A stretch of 64,000 bases of DNA, from the NCBI GenBank assembly GCA_963681965.1, contig OY820579.1, forward strand, positions 3,904,001 through 3,968,000. Direction: 5' to 3'. The translations under genes and the position numbers were made by a program. Of the stretch, positions 18,690 to 29,647 are shown in pieces. Origin of the DNA: a bacterium. Its GTDB lineage: Bacteria; Electryoneota; JAOADG01. Position 1 is the stretch's first letter, and each line of letters starts with the position of its first letter. The notes beneath the pieces were generated by a model that made no database searches, was not told the DNA's origin, and saw only the letters and a program-made list of their open reading frames with translations.

Positions 18690-20729
18690 CTACTTTAATA
18701 GTAGAATTTTTCGAGTGGATGTTTGGTTTCCGGCTGTCAATTCGACAAAGTAAGTTCCACTCGCGATCCCCTTCCCATTAAACTGAATGGAGTGCATTCC
18801 GGGATTCATCGTCTCATTATTCACAATCTGTGCCACTTGACGACCCATCAAATCGAATACCGCAAGCTTTGCCGGCATTCGCGCCGGTAATTCGAACCGA
18901 ATGATCGTTTCGGAATTGAACGGATTCGGATAATTCGCCAGCATCGTGATTCGCGTTGGGAGCTTATTCGTTGCATGGTCGCGAACCGACATCGTCGGGA
19001 CGATCAGATCGGGTTCGCCATCACCAGCATCCAATATGCCGTTACCTGCCTGATAACGATATCTTTCCGGTCGCCACGGGTGGGTGTCTTCGGTATGACC
19101 GAGTAAGTTTGGATTCCATAAGGTATCGATGATCCCGTTGTTTTCCGACCCATCCGCATCGGGACCGGGATACATCCCGTAATATATCCCATCAATAATT
19201 ACGCTATCACCCGGAGATACGCCGTACAAACCGTCACTTCCAGTGTCTTCGCCATACCACCCATCGCCGTTGGGAAATTGCAGGGTGTGGGTGTCAACCA
19301 TCGGTAAATCCAAGCCGGGGCGGATCACGTTAGCAAACGCTCCAATCGAATTGAATTGATATTTCGTCGGATCCAGCGTGTTGCCTACTTGTGGATTGTT
19401 CTCATCGTGAAATCCCCAAGCGCCAAACACTACCAACGAAATGGCGGTACTTTCTCCGGGATAGAGACGGTAGACCGCACGACCCTGAGGATCATAATTA
19501 TTAAAAATTCCCAACGGTCCGAACGAGATCAGGAAGCGCGCATCGTAACCGTTCGCGATATCGGCATTATTTGCATCAGGCCGACGCCAGTTGTGCGATC
19601 GAGTAGTATCGGCGGGATCGGGTTGCGGATGTGCCGCGATCCAAGCAGTATCGTTCACACGATATTGATCGAAGTCGTGTTCGCCGTTGCTCATGATTAA
19701 ATATTTGCGGGTATCCCCCATCGGCGTGCCGATCACGTCGGGCCAGCGATTGGGCAATTCACCGTTGACAACACCATCCTGCCAGCTCGGACCGTAATCC
19801 AAATCGGAATTTCCGTTCGATATCCACCAATTATAACTGGTCCGACAATGCGGATTTGGATCTTGAAACAGTTTGACGCCCACTGCTCCGGCGCAGGTAA
19901 AATCGTGTCCGGAATTCACATCATGCGGTCGTCCGTCATTGTCGGCAATCCACGCGGTATTTATCAACGATGAATCGTTCGGACCGTTATAATAATAATC
20001 GATGAAGCCTGTGATGTCGTCGGTGTGGTAATTCACCTCATCGGTTCTGCCGACATCGCCATCGAAATAAAATCCCAGATAGACGTTCTTCAGATAGTTG
20101 GTGGAGATATTCTCGATATTGTAAGTAATGACGATAAAATCGCTGTGCCAGTCGCAGCTTAGCTGTGTGACTTTGATTCCGAGTGGGAAATGGGTACCGT
20201 CGATCACGTCGGTGGGAACATAAGGAGCAGCGATGCTCGTATCGGTGTAACAGCATGCCATGCTGTTCGGGGCATTCGTAACGTTGGTCTGGAAATTTGC
20301 ATCGGTTCCTTCTCCGGGACAAAACTCACCGCGCAAACGACCGGCGGGATTGACCCACCCATCGATTCCGACACTGACCCGGGGAAATTCCGAACCATTC
20401 TGCTGGACAAGAGCGCCGACCCAGATTCCACCAATGTAGAGATACTCGGTATTCGATCCGACCGGAAATTCAAGCGGAGGCGCCCAACCACCGTAGATCG
20501 GATCGGTCAGAGCGTTTGGGTCACTGGCACTTTCATTGCCAAAGAAACCGTAATTGGTAAAGTTCATCCGCATTGTAAACGTATGCTGAACGCGGTTTTG
20601 CATATTGGGATTGAACGGATTGATTTCGTCGATTGCGGAACTCCGTATCGGACCGCGGGGGTCTCCGAAGACAATAGATCCGAGCAGTAATAAAAGAAGC
20701 ATCGAAATAATTATTGGACGAAATGACAT
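18690..20729 (-). CDS. Secreted Asp/Gly-rich protein with T9SS C-terminal domain
   Basis: Signal peptide; TNYGFFG..EFPVGS..EYLY.GGIWVGA; D-rich DTGSDG/DADGSENNG motifs; CTD NYPNPFN..ASGTYFVEL..RKILLLK. Confidence 0.85.
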   Translation of the reverse strand: MSFRPIIISMLLLLLLGSIVFGDPRGPIRSSAIDEINPFNPNMQNRVQHTFTMRMNFTNYGFFGNESASDPNALTDPIYGGWAPPLEFPVGSNTEYLYIGGIWVGALVQQNGSEFPRVSVGIDGWVNPAGRLRGEFCPGEGTDANFQTNVTNAPNSMACCYTDTSIAAPYVPTDVIDGTHFPLGIKVTQLSCDWHSDFIVITYNIENISTNYLKNVYLGFYFDGDVGRTDEVNYHTDDITGFIDYYYNGPNDSSLINTAWIADNDGRPHDVNSGHDFTCAGAVGVKLFQDPNPHCRTSYNWWISNGNSDLDYGPSWQDGVVNGELPNRWPDVIGTPMGDTRKYLIMSNGEHDFDQYRVNDTAWIAAHPQPDPADTTRSHNWRRPDANNADIANGYDARFLISFGPLGIFNNYDPQGRAVYRLYPGESTAISLVVFGAWGFHDENNPQVGNTLDPTKYQFNSIGAFANVIRPGLDLPMVDTHTLQFPNGDGWYGEDTGSDGLYGVSPGDSVIIDGIYYGMYPGPDADGSENNGIIDTLWNPNLLGHTEDTHPWRPERYRYQAGNGILDAGDGEPDLIVPTMSVRDHATNKLPTRITMLANYPNPFNSETIIRFELPARMPAKLAVFDLMGRQVAQIVNNETMNPGMHSIQFNGKGIASGTYFVELTAGNQTSTRKILLLK

Positions 20730-20957
20730 AAAACCTCCGGATTCGAAAATTGGTTCGATGGAGCCATTGCGAAAATATTTCGTCGATTGAAAATTTTTAT
20801 CGCGAATTTCAGTTCAGCGTGATTTTAGTGTTTGCCAATGATCAACAAATTGATGTATTCGTGAAAATATAAAAAGATTGCAAAAGAAAACACATTTCGA
20901 GAGATTTATTGAATCGTAATAAGTGGGGTAGCTCACATTTGATACCGTGTGGTACTC

Positions 20958-21092
20958 TTGGTGATTGGTATTTAGTGATTGGTGATTGGTGAAAGGATAA
21001 AAGATCCAATACAGGAGATGGGAGTTCGGTGGTGGGGGTTGGGAAAAGATGATAAGAAACAAGAACGGGCGGGCATGGGAGCCCGCCCCTAC
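20958..21092. repeat. TTGGTGA heptamer tract plus REP
   Basis: Five degenerate TTGGTGA units (20958-20992), a G-rich run, then CGGGCGGGCATGGGAGCCCGCCCCTAC (21066-21092), identical to the copy at 18647. Confidence 0.8.
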
Positions 21093-21141
21093 TATAGATA
21101 TTCAAAATTTCCATAACCGAGGAACCAAATACCCGGCTTTG

Positions 21142-22629
21142 TTAGAGCGAGAGCGGATCGGTTTCGAGTTCGACCAAGATATAGGGAATCGATTCCGCAA
21201 GCGACAAACTCTTCTGCCCGGCACGGAGTTGCAACCAGGTTTCACGCGCGATATGCGTATCATTCGGCACGGCGGCTTTCAACTCACTCTCGATCACCGA
21301 CGACATCAGTTTCGCCGTCAATGATCCAACCACAAGATCCTTCACCGACACTTCGTTCTTCGCCAATTCATCGGGACCGACAATCACCGCAAACCGAACA
21401 CCCATCGCATCGGCATAGGAGAGCATCTTCTTCAGATTCTTTTCCTTCCCGACATAGACTTCGGTTTTGATTCCGGCAATGCGATATTGTTTCGCGAGCA
21501 TGAACGCCTGCGCATGGGTGACGCCGAAGACCGGCAGGATCAGGACATCGGCGGTCGCTTTGCGCAATTTCACCGAACCCAATTCCACCAGCGCCATCAG
21601 CAATCGGTCGATACCGATCGATGCGCCGACTGCGGGAAGGGTCAGGTCGGAAAAGCGATTGACCAGACTGTCGTAACGACCACCGCTGAAGACCGCGCCG
21701 AATGCAGGAAGATCCACCAGCCAGCATTCAAAGACGGTACCGGTGTAATATGCCAGACCGCGCGCGATACTCGGATCGATCACAACTTCATCTTCGGGAA
21801 TTGCCATCGCATCGAGCAATTGATTCACTTCGATCAGTTGTGCAATACCCAGCTTGCCGATTTCGGTCGATTCCAATGGATGATTGTTCAATGCCGCCAA
21901 TGTCGCACTGCGGGTGTCTGCCGGAATTTTCAGAAAATCGGTGATCTTGGAAATTTGTTCCGGTTCCAGATTGAGTCCATGGATTTTATCGCCGCTCGCG
22001 TCAATCCTCCCACTCCCCAATTCCTTCGCGACGCCGTCGACACCGATCCGGTCGAATTTGTCGAGAACGCGCAATACGTCGGCTTCGCGATCTTTCGCGA
22101 TTCCGGCGACTTCGCAGAGACCGGAGAGAATTTTCCGATTTGAGAATCGAATGCGCGCTTTGACACCGAGCGTCTGGAACAACTCGAACATGATGCAGAG
22201 GACTTCGGCATCGGCAGCCATTTTATCGGTACCGACGATATCCAGATCCATTTGAATGAATTCGCGGAAACGTCCCGGTCCCGGTTTATCGACACGGAAG
22301 ACACTCGCTACTTGCCAGCGCCGGAACGGTTTGGCGATCTCGGGATATTGCGATACGACCCGTGCAAGCGGCACCGTCAGATCGAATCGGAGCGCCATCG
22401 GGGTTTCTTCGGGACCGATGAAATGAAAGATCGTTGCCGCGCCTTCGCTGCCATAGGCATCGCCGGTCAGGACATCGCGATGTTCCAGCGTCGGCGTCTC
22501 GAGCGGCAAGAAACCGTACCGTTCGTAGATCTTCTGACACTGTTCAATCAGTTCGCGACGTGCCCGGGTAATCTCCGGCATCAAGTCGCGAAACCCTTTC
22601 AATAACCGCGGTTGTATTCGATCCGCCAT
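21142..22629 (-). CDS. hisS: Histidine--tRNA ligase
   Basis: KGFRD, LRFDLTVPLAR, GRFREF.Q.D.D, RGLAYYTG, GGRYD, AVGASIGIDR motifs; start 22629. Confidence 0.96.
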   Translation of the reverse strand: MADRIQPRLLKGFRDLMPEITRARRELIEQCQKIYERYGFLPLETPTLEHRDVLTGDAYGSEGAATIFHFIGPEETPMALRFDLTVPLARVVSQYPEIAKPFRRWQVASVFRVDKPGPGRFREFIQMDLDIVGTDKMAADAEVLCIMFELFQTLGVKARIRFSNRKILSGLCEVAGIAKDREADVLRVLDKFDRIGVDGVAKELGSGRIDASGDKIHGLNLEPEQISKITDFLKIPADTRSATLAALNNHPLESTEIGKLGIAQLIEVNQLLDAMAIPEDEVVIDPSIARGLAYYTGTVFECWLVDLPAFGAVFSGGRYDSLVNRFSDLTLPAVGASIGIDRLLMALVELGSVKLRKATADVLILPVFGVTHAQAFMLAKQYRIAGIKTEVYVGKEKNLKKMLSYADAMGVRFAVIVGPDELAKNEVSVKDLVVGSLTAKLMSSVIESELKAAVPNDTHIARETWLQLRAGQKSLSLAESIPYILVELETDPLSL

Positions 22630-22786
22630 CTCAATTCCTTTTCCGAACTTATTCCGTTCCGCAATCAACTACGGAAGCGACAAGCTACCGATTGAAAATC
22701 AATTTACACCGTGCGGTATTTAAATCAAAGTACTGGCGAAACTGTTTTTTTTGTGTCAACCGCTCGCAGCTGTGTTTTCCCAATAC

Positions 22787-22834
22787 TTGCATTTGCCACA
22801 AAAAAGGATTATAATTTTTGATACCAAGTATCAA
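22787..22834 (+). promoter_or_regulatory. Sigma70 promoter with adjacent Fur-family operator
   Basis: TTGCAT-17 nt-TATAAT (22787-22815) followed by the perfect inverted repeat TTGATAC-CAA-GTATCAA (22818-22834). Confidence 0.7.
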
Positions 22835-22846
22835 TTTTCAGGAAAA

Positions 22847-23281
22847 ATGGTCTCCGAATTTAAAGCAGCCGGTCTCTCGTCGACACGTGTTCGTATTGCA
22901 ATCTTATCTGCGATACGAGCTTCTCGCACGCCACTTTCGGCTGAAGCTGTGGGGGAAGAATTGACGCGTAGTGGATGCACGATCGGTCGGGCGTCGCTGT
23001 TTCGAAATTTGGATTTATTTCGTTCCGCCGGTTTGATTGAGCGGATCGAAACGGGAAATCGTGGCAACCAGTATCTGGCAAAATGCAGTGGGAATCATCA
23101 TCATCACCACATTCTCTGCGAAAAATGCCGGAGCATCGAACCAGTCGATATCTGTCTCTCGACTGCGATGTTGAAAACGATCGAGCAATCGACCGACTAC
23201 CGCGTGACGGGTCATTCCCTGATGCTGTACGGGTTGTGCCGAAAGTGTCGCAAACGAAAGCAATCGCGAAGGACCGACTAA
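22847..23281 (+). CDS. Fur-family metal-dependent transcriptional regulator
   Basis: R..IL..SAE..IGRASLFRNL..GL, HHHHHILCEKC, GLCRKC; start ATG 22847. Confidence 0.9.
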   Translation: MVSEFKAAGLSSTRVRIAILSAIRASRTPLSAEAVGEELTRSGCTIGRASLFRNLDLFRSAGLIERIETGNRGNQYLAKCSGNHHHHHILCEKCRSIEPVDICLSTAMLKTIEQSTDYRVTGHSLMLYGLCRKCRKRKQSRRTD

Positions 23282-23284
23282 ACA

Positions 23285-24046
23285 ATGGAACTTGAATTAG
23301 GCACTCCGCTGCTGGTAGCATTCCTAATGGGTGGCTTGCATGTGCTCGAACCGGTGCATGGGCGATCGATCTTTCACGCGATTTTGGTCGGCAGCAGCAA
23401 ATCGGTCTGGCGGGTCATCCGCTTCGGTGCCGCAGTAACGATCAGTCATATTCTCACGGCAATTCTTCTGGCGCTGGCGGCAGTGCTGCTGAGTCATCAA
23501 TTCGGATACGAACAATTATCGCGCGGTGGACAAATATTCGGTGTAACGCTATCGCTGGGTATCGGGTTCGGGATGTTGTACAATTCTCTTCGCAAACAGG
23601 CACAGAAAAAAGCGAGCGATTGTCATTGCAGCTGTCATCATGTCGCAGCCGTAGACGATGGAACTGAACACACACCTGCCGATGCGCACGATCATCATCA
23701 CGATCACGACAATCACGACGATGGTCACCACCACGACCACGGCACCGGTTCCGCGACATTGTTGGGGATTTCCGGCGGTCTGATTCCGTGCAGTTCGTCG
23801 ATTGCGATCTTGATGTTGTCGATCAGTACCGGAAAGATTGCACTCGGATTGGCTGCGATGCTGGTCTTCGGCTTGGGCTTGGGTGTCACACTAACAGTCG
23901 TCGGAATGATTACCGTGTACACCAGTCATTTATTATCATTTTTAGACAGCAAACGGTACCAGCGCATTATGGTCTATACACCCGCTATTGTTATTATTCT
24001 AACTTCGGTCATTTCACTCATCTTAATTCTATTCTATCCTGAGTAA
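23285..24046 (+). CDS. RcnA-like nickel/cobalt transporter (NiCoT-related)
   Basis: GGLHVLEPVHG motif, His/Asp-rich loop, GISGGLIPC motif, about 6 TM helices. Confidence 0.85.
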   Translation: MELELGTPLLVAFLMGGLHVLEPVHGRSIFHAILVGSSKSVWRVIRFGAAVTISHILTAILLALAAVLLSHQFGYEQLSRGGQIFGVTLSLGIGFGMLYNSLRKQAQKKASDCHCSCHHVAAVDDGTEHTPADAHDHHHDHDNHDDGHHHDHGTGSATLLGISGGLIPCSSSIAILMLSISTGKIALGLAAMLVFGLGLGVTLTVVGMITVYTSHLLSFLDSKRYQRIMVYTPAIVIILTSVISLILILFYPE

Positions 24047-24049
24047 ATA

Positions 24050-24163
24050 TAGTGTTTCTTGAAAATAAGTTGTTATGATTCGGTGTCAAGTTTCGCCTGA
24101 CCTGCGGGCGAATGCGGGGATCCGCCCCAACTTCCGATAACAACTTATTTTCACGAGATACTA
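24050..24163 (+). mobile_element. 114-bp MITE-like element, copy 2 (TA-flanked)
   Basis: TA|TAGTGTTTCTTGAAAATAAGTTGTTAT...ATAACAACTTATTTTCACGAGATACTA|TA; 27-bp imperfect TIR. Confidence 0.85.
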
Positions 24164-24355
24164 TATACCCAACCATGATTGTGCTCTATGAGTACTCTCC
24201 GGGTAGATCTTCAGTGTCTCCAACGAGATTTGCGCCAGAATCTTACAGAATAGTTTGTTAGGAATCGACGGTTGCGACAAAGCCGAATCGAAAGCAACCG
24301 GGACGTCAGGAACCCTTGTCTGGATTCCAATGGTGCCGTATCTTGAGCTGCTTGA

Positions 24356-25651
<1,296 letters not shown>

Positions 25652-25698
25652 CCTACGAATTGCAGTTCGATCTCGTATTAATCTATGTATCACTCAGA

Positions 25699-25735
25699 TG
25701 GCGCAGGTTATTCAACTGATCTGCGCCACTTTTTT
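25699..25735 (+). terminator. Rho-independent terminator after eno
   Basis: TGGCGCAG..CTGCGCCA followed by a T-run. Confidence 0.6.
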
Positions 25736-25774
25736 CACTGGAATCTTACCAACTTCTAACCCGACGAGACTAGC

Positions 25775-26791
25775 ATGCGTTACACGATCATTGGAGCCGG
25801 TGCTGCTGGCTTAGCCGCAGTACGAGCGATTTATCGCGAAGAACCAACCGCCACGATCACCGTGATTTCTTCGGAACCTGCACCGTTTTATTTCCGTCCG
25901 ATGCTGGTTGAACTTTTCCAACGCGACCAATTTTCGCACGATACCGCGAAACCACCGCAATCGCTGGAATCGATCCAGTGGCGGGTGGGTGCGAATGTCT
26001 CCAGTCTCGATCCACAATCCAACACCGTTACTTTGAGTACCGGTGAAAAAATCGGTTACGATTTTCTGATTATCGCCTCCGGCTCGATTCCCGATCTCGA
26101 ATTCATTGCACCATTCTGGTTACCAATCCATACCGTGCACAACTTTGCCAGCGTGGCGCGACTGAAACGCGTTCTCGGTTCCGGCGAAGTACTGGTCATC
26201 GGCGGTGGGTATGTCGCGATCGAAATTATCCGGCAATTACATAACCGGGGCAATAAGATTCATTTCTTCACCCGTTCCGACTTATTGTGGAAGCGTGAAT
26301 TGCCGGGCGTCAGCGAAAAAGATATCGTCGAGTTGCTGAATGGAGTTGGCGTATCGCCGCAATTCGATACCGAAATCGTCGATGCGATCGACCTCAACGG
26401 TCAGCATATTGCGATTATCGACAATCATGGTAAGACGACTACTGTCGAAGCGGTGATTGCAGTCCCCGAAGAAGTGCCGAATATCGAATTTCTGAATGGT
26501 TCGGGGATCGGTTGCGACGAGGGAATCCTCGTGAACGAAGAGTTGAGAACGAATATCCCCAATGTGTTTGCTTGTGGCGATTGTGCTCAAGTACTCGATG
26601 TGAAAAATCAGATCAACCGAATCAATTTCGGCTGGCGCAGCGCGGAAAAGCAGGGTGAGATTGCCGGCAGGAACGCAGCAGGCAAGGCAACCGTTTATAT
26701 ACCAAACTCGGAAGATTTCTACTTCCTCGACCTCTTGGGAAAGAATCTGTTGGATCGCTGGGCTAATCTCGAATCACGTGCGGAAGAATAA
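25775..26791 (+). CDS. FAD-dependent pyridine nucleotide-disulfide family oxidoreductase (NADH:rubredoxin reductase-like)
   Basis: IIGAGAAG, IASGS.P, VIGGGYVAIE, TNIPNVFACGD. Confidence 0.85.
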   Translation: MRYTIIGAGAAGLAAVRAIYREEPTATITVISSEPAPFYFRPMLVELFQRDQFSHDTAKPPQSLESIQWRVGANVSSLDPQSNTVTLSTGEKIGYDFLIIASGSIPDLEFIAPFWLPIHTVHNFASVARLKRVLGSGEVLVIGGGYVAIEIIRQLHNRGNKIHFFTRSDLLWKRELPGVSEKDIVELLNGVGVSPQFDTEIVDAIDLNGQHIAIIDNHGKTTTVEAVIAVPEEVPNIEFLNGSGIGCDEGILVNEELRTNIPNVFACGDCAQVLDVKNQINRINFGWRSAEKQGEIAGRNAAGKATVYIPNSEDFYFLDLLGKNLLDRWANLESRAEE

Positions 26792-26887
26792 TATTTATCT
26801 AAAATATGTTATATTCTAACGTCAAAGTACTACTACAATTACGACTGACACACCGTATCACAAACATAGAAACATGAGTGGTGTTGT

Positions 26888-27466
26888 ATGCAATCAATTT
26901 TTCGGATCTTGTCGGTACCCTTCGCAATCTGCGTTTTCGGCTTCTTTTCAGCGAGTTCCGCCGAAATTGGCTCGCAATCGGTACAAACCCTACAAGGTGA
27001 AAAAGTTATCATAGGTTCGGGTGGCGCAATGCCTCAAGTCGTGTTCGTATTGGCTACCCGCTGCCCGATCTCGAATGCTTACAACGACCGAATGATGGCT
27101 CTTGCAACCGATTCAGTTTTTGCCAATAAGATTCGCTTTGTCGGACTTAATCCGAACGAAACCGAAAACAACGAAGAAGTTCGACACCACGCAACCGAAA
27201 ACAATATCACTTTTCCGATCTATCGCGACCCGACTTACAATATCATCGAGGCGTGGAAAATCAAAGTTACCCCCGAAGTATTTTTATTCGACAAAGGCGG
27301 TAAACTCGTCTATCACGGACGTATCGACGACAATCAGGATCTGAAAAAGATCAAGAGCAACGATTTGCGCACTGCAATCGAACGACTGCTTGCCGGAAAA
27401 TCAGTACTGGTCAGTGAAACTCATCCTTTTGGCTGCTCGATCAAACGACTAACACACTCGAAATGA
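26888..27466 (+). CDS. Exported thioredoxin-fold/AhpC-TSA family protein
   Basis: Signal peptide; RCPIS, TPEVFLFD..LVYHGRIDD, GCSIK. Confidence 0.85.
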   Translation: MQSIFRILSVPFAICVFGFFSASSAEIGSQSVQTLQGEKVIIGSGGAMPQVVFVLATRCPISNAYNDRMMALATDSVFANKIRFVGLNPNETENNEEVRHHATENNITFPIYRDPTYNIIEAWKIKVTPEVFLFDKGGKLVYHGRIDDNQDLKKIKSNDLRTAIERLLAGKSVLVSETHPFGCSIKRLTHSK

Positions 27467-28173
27467 TTACACTATACCACCCCGAATTGGATTTAGCCAC
27501 TTCTATTTGCGACGATCTTCCCGAGCAAGAGCGAAAACATCTGCGCTCACTCCGGGTCGGAATCGGTGAAGCAATCCGATTGGTTAATGGTCGTGGTTCG
27601 GCGTTAGAAGGGGTTCTCACCGACTTTTCGGCACATAAGTGCGCGATCGGCGATTTGGTTCACGTGTCGGCATTCGAACCGAATGGCGAGCGAATCATGG
27701 TCATTGGAAAAATTACCGAGTCGAAATTGGAGTGGGCGATCGAGGCATTGACACCGCTCGGTATGACACAGCTTTGGGTGGTCAATTCCGAATACTCGCA
27801 GCCAGTGACGTTGCGACACGACCGGTTGGAACGAATTGCCATCGCGGCAATGAAACAGTGTCGACGATCGCTGTTACCGACAATCCATTTAGGTTCATCC
27901 GATTCTGGCGTATCGCTCCCGCAATTGTTCGCTGCAATCGGACCACACAATTCGAATTACCACCGATTTCTTGCCGACTGCGACGGTTCGCCTATCGGCA
28001 GCATTGGAAAAATCAATCACTCCGATTCCATTTTCGCCATTGGTCCGGAAGGGGGATTCACAACCTCCGAGATTTCGTCGTTCGTGGATGAGGGATTTAA
28101 AAAAATCTCATTCGGCGACCGTATCCTTCGTGCCGAACTAGCTGCTACCGTTGCCCTTGCGACATTACTATAG
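27463..28173 (+). CDS. rsmE: 16S rRNA m3U1498 methyltransferase
   Basis: H..SLR..G, A.KQC.R, IGPEGGF, GDRILRAELA. Confidence 0.9.
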   Translation: MITLYHPELDLATSICDDLPEQERKHLRSLRVGIGEAIRLVNGRGSALEGVLTDFSAHKCAIGDLVHVSAFEPNGERIMVIGKITESKLEWAIEALTPLGMTQLWVVNSEYSQPVTLRHDRLERIAIAAMKQCRRSLLPTIHLGSSDSGVSLPQLFAAIGPHNSNYHRFLADCDGSPIGSIGKINHSDSIFAIGPEGGFTTSEISSFVDEGFKKISFGDRILRAELAATVALATLL

Positions 28174-28416
28174 CACTTCTTGAAAATAAGTTGACATGAT
28201 TCGGTGTCGAATAAATACAATTGTGTGCGGGCGGGCGTGGGAACCCACCCCTACTGAAAAAATGGGTGATAGGTGGTAGGAGTTGGGTAATGGGAAAAGA
28301 TAAATAATGATGCAAGAACGCAGGCTCGGAGGCTTGCGCCACCAAACAATAAAAGAACGGGCGGGCGCAGGGACCCGCCCCTACTTTCGATAACAATTAA
28401 TCTTCAAGAAATACAC
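28171..28416 (+). mobile_element. Expanded MITE-like element, copy 3 (about 246 bp) with internal REP mosaic
   Basis: Same ends as the 114-bp element (TAGCACTTCTTGAAAATAAGTTG...ATAACAATTAATCTTCAAGA) enclosing REP, heptamer tract (28262-28296), REP, REP. Confidence 0.78.
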
Positions 28417-28465
28417 TCACATTATTGATCGAAGTCAGCTATCTTCTACTTCGCCGTTTTTTTTC

Positions 28466-29647
28466 TCACCGATACAACCGATTTCGTTCCACTCTTTTAA
28501 ACAATCCCCGATACCGTAGCGTCGCCAATCCAGCATACAATACGCATAGCAGCGCTAAGTGAATTATTAGCGGCAATACCGGTTTCAATCCGGCGTTCAT
28601 CACGGCAATTCGTTGAAAGCTGGTGAGAAATGGCGCTGTCGGGAAGAGTGCTGACAACCACCGCAACGGCTGCGGCATCGCGAATGCAGGCCAGGTGTAG
28701 CCAGTCAGCAGAAAGAAGGGGTAAGAGCAAAATACCCCGATCGATAATGCCTGTAATTTCGACTGGAAAAAGCTCGCCATAAACAGACCGAAAAGCAACG
28801 TCGCGATCAACCATAATCCAACCATTACCAGCAATAATCCAGCATTCCCCGCAATGGGAATTGCGAACATTCGGAAGAATACCACTCCGAAAAACAGTGT
28901 ATAGATAAAAGTAATCAGAAAATATGGGACAATTTTTCCGGTCAGTATTCCCGCAATATGTCCTGAACCGGCTTTGCGCCATTCTCCGATTGTGCGCTGT
29001 TCGCGCTCGCGACCGATACTTTCCAATAAGGCAAACAATAGTGTTTGATGCAGAATCAGAACCAGTAGACAGGGCAGCAAGAAGTCGCCGTACGTTTCAG
29101 GTGGCACGAACAGCGAACGCATATCGATTCGAATCGGTTCGAATGAATTCATTGTCTGATTGACCGACAGACCACTGGTTTCCATCCGCTTGATTCGAAT
29201 TCCGGCATCGATCGTGCCAACCACTTCGGTGACTGAGCGGTTGATATCGTTCCCGATCAAAAACCGGCTCACATTGATGTAAGTGCCGATCTCAGCGGCT
29301 TGACTACTTTTGACCAATCGTGAAAAATCACTGGGGATCCAGACAATTCCGTACACTTTCAACTGGTTGAATGCTTGTGTTGCAGCGGCGAAATCCGGTT
29401 CAACCCGCTCGACCCGCAGCAGCGAATGACAATTCAAATTCCGGACGATCATACGGGATAATTCGCTATGGTCGTCATCGATCACCACGATCGGCACTTT
29501 CGTTTCGGTCTTATTGTAGTAGATCGTACCGAAAAACATGACATACATCAACGGCGAAAACAATAAGATCAGGATTATGTTTCGATCGCCGGTAATTCGT
29601 TGCCATTCGCGACGAGCGGTTTTCATCGAATGATTGAAGTAATTCAT
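28466..29647 (-). CDS. ABC-2 family permease (YbhR/YhhJ-like)
   Basis: REW.RI, PIVVIDDD.S..SR, REREQ.T, GK..PY, LTGYTWP..AMP; start 29647. Confidence 0.88.
   Translation of the reverse strand: MNYFNHSMKTARREWQRITGDRNIILILLFSPLMYVMFFGTIYYNKTETKVPIVVIDDDHSELSRMIVRNLNCHSLLRVERVEPDFAAATQAFNQLKVYGIVWIPSDFSRLVKSSQAAEIGTYINVSRFLIGNDINRSVTEVVGTIDAGIRIKRMETSGLSVNQTMNSFEPIRIDMRSLFVPPETYGDFLLPCLLVLILHQTLLFALLESIGREREQRTIGEWRKAGSGHIAGILTGKIVPYFLITFIYTLFFGVVFFRMFAIPIAGNAGLLLVMVGLWLIATLLFGLFMASFFQSKLQALSIGVFCSYPFFLLTGYTWPAFAMPQPLRWLSALFPTAPFLTSFQRIAVMNAGLKPVLPLIIHLALLCVLYAGLATLRYRGLFKRVERNRLYR

Noticed and set aside
24268-24316. Possible c-di-GMP-I riboswitch upstream of eno (GAAA..GGGACG)
   Set aside because: Only a partial resemblance; the paired stems and GCAAA elements do not fit. 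An Infernal/Rfam scan would settle it
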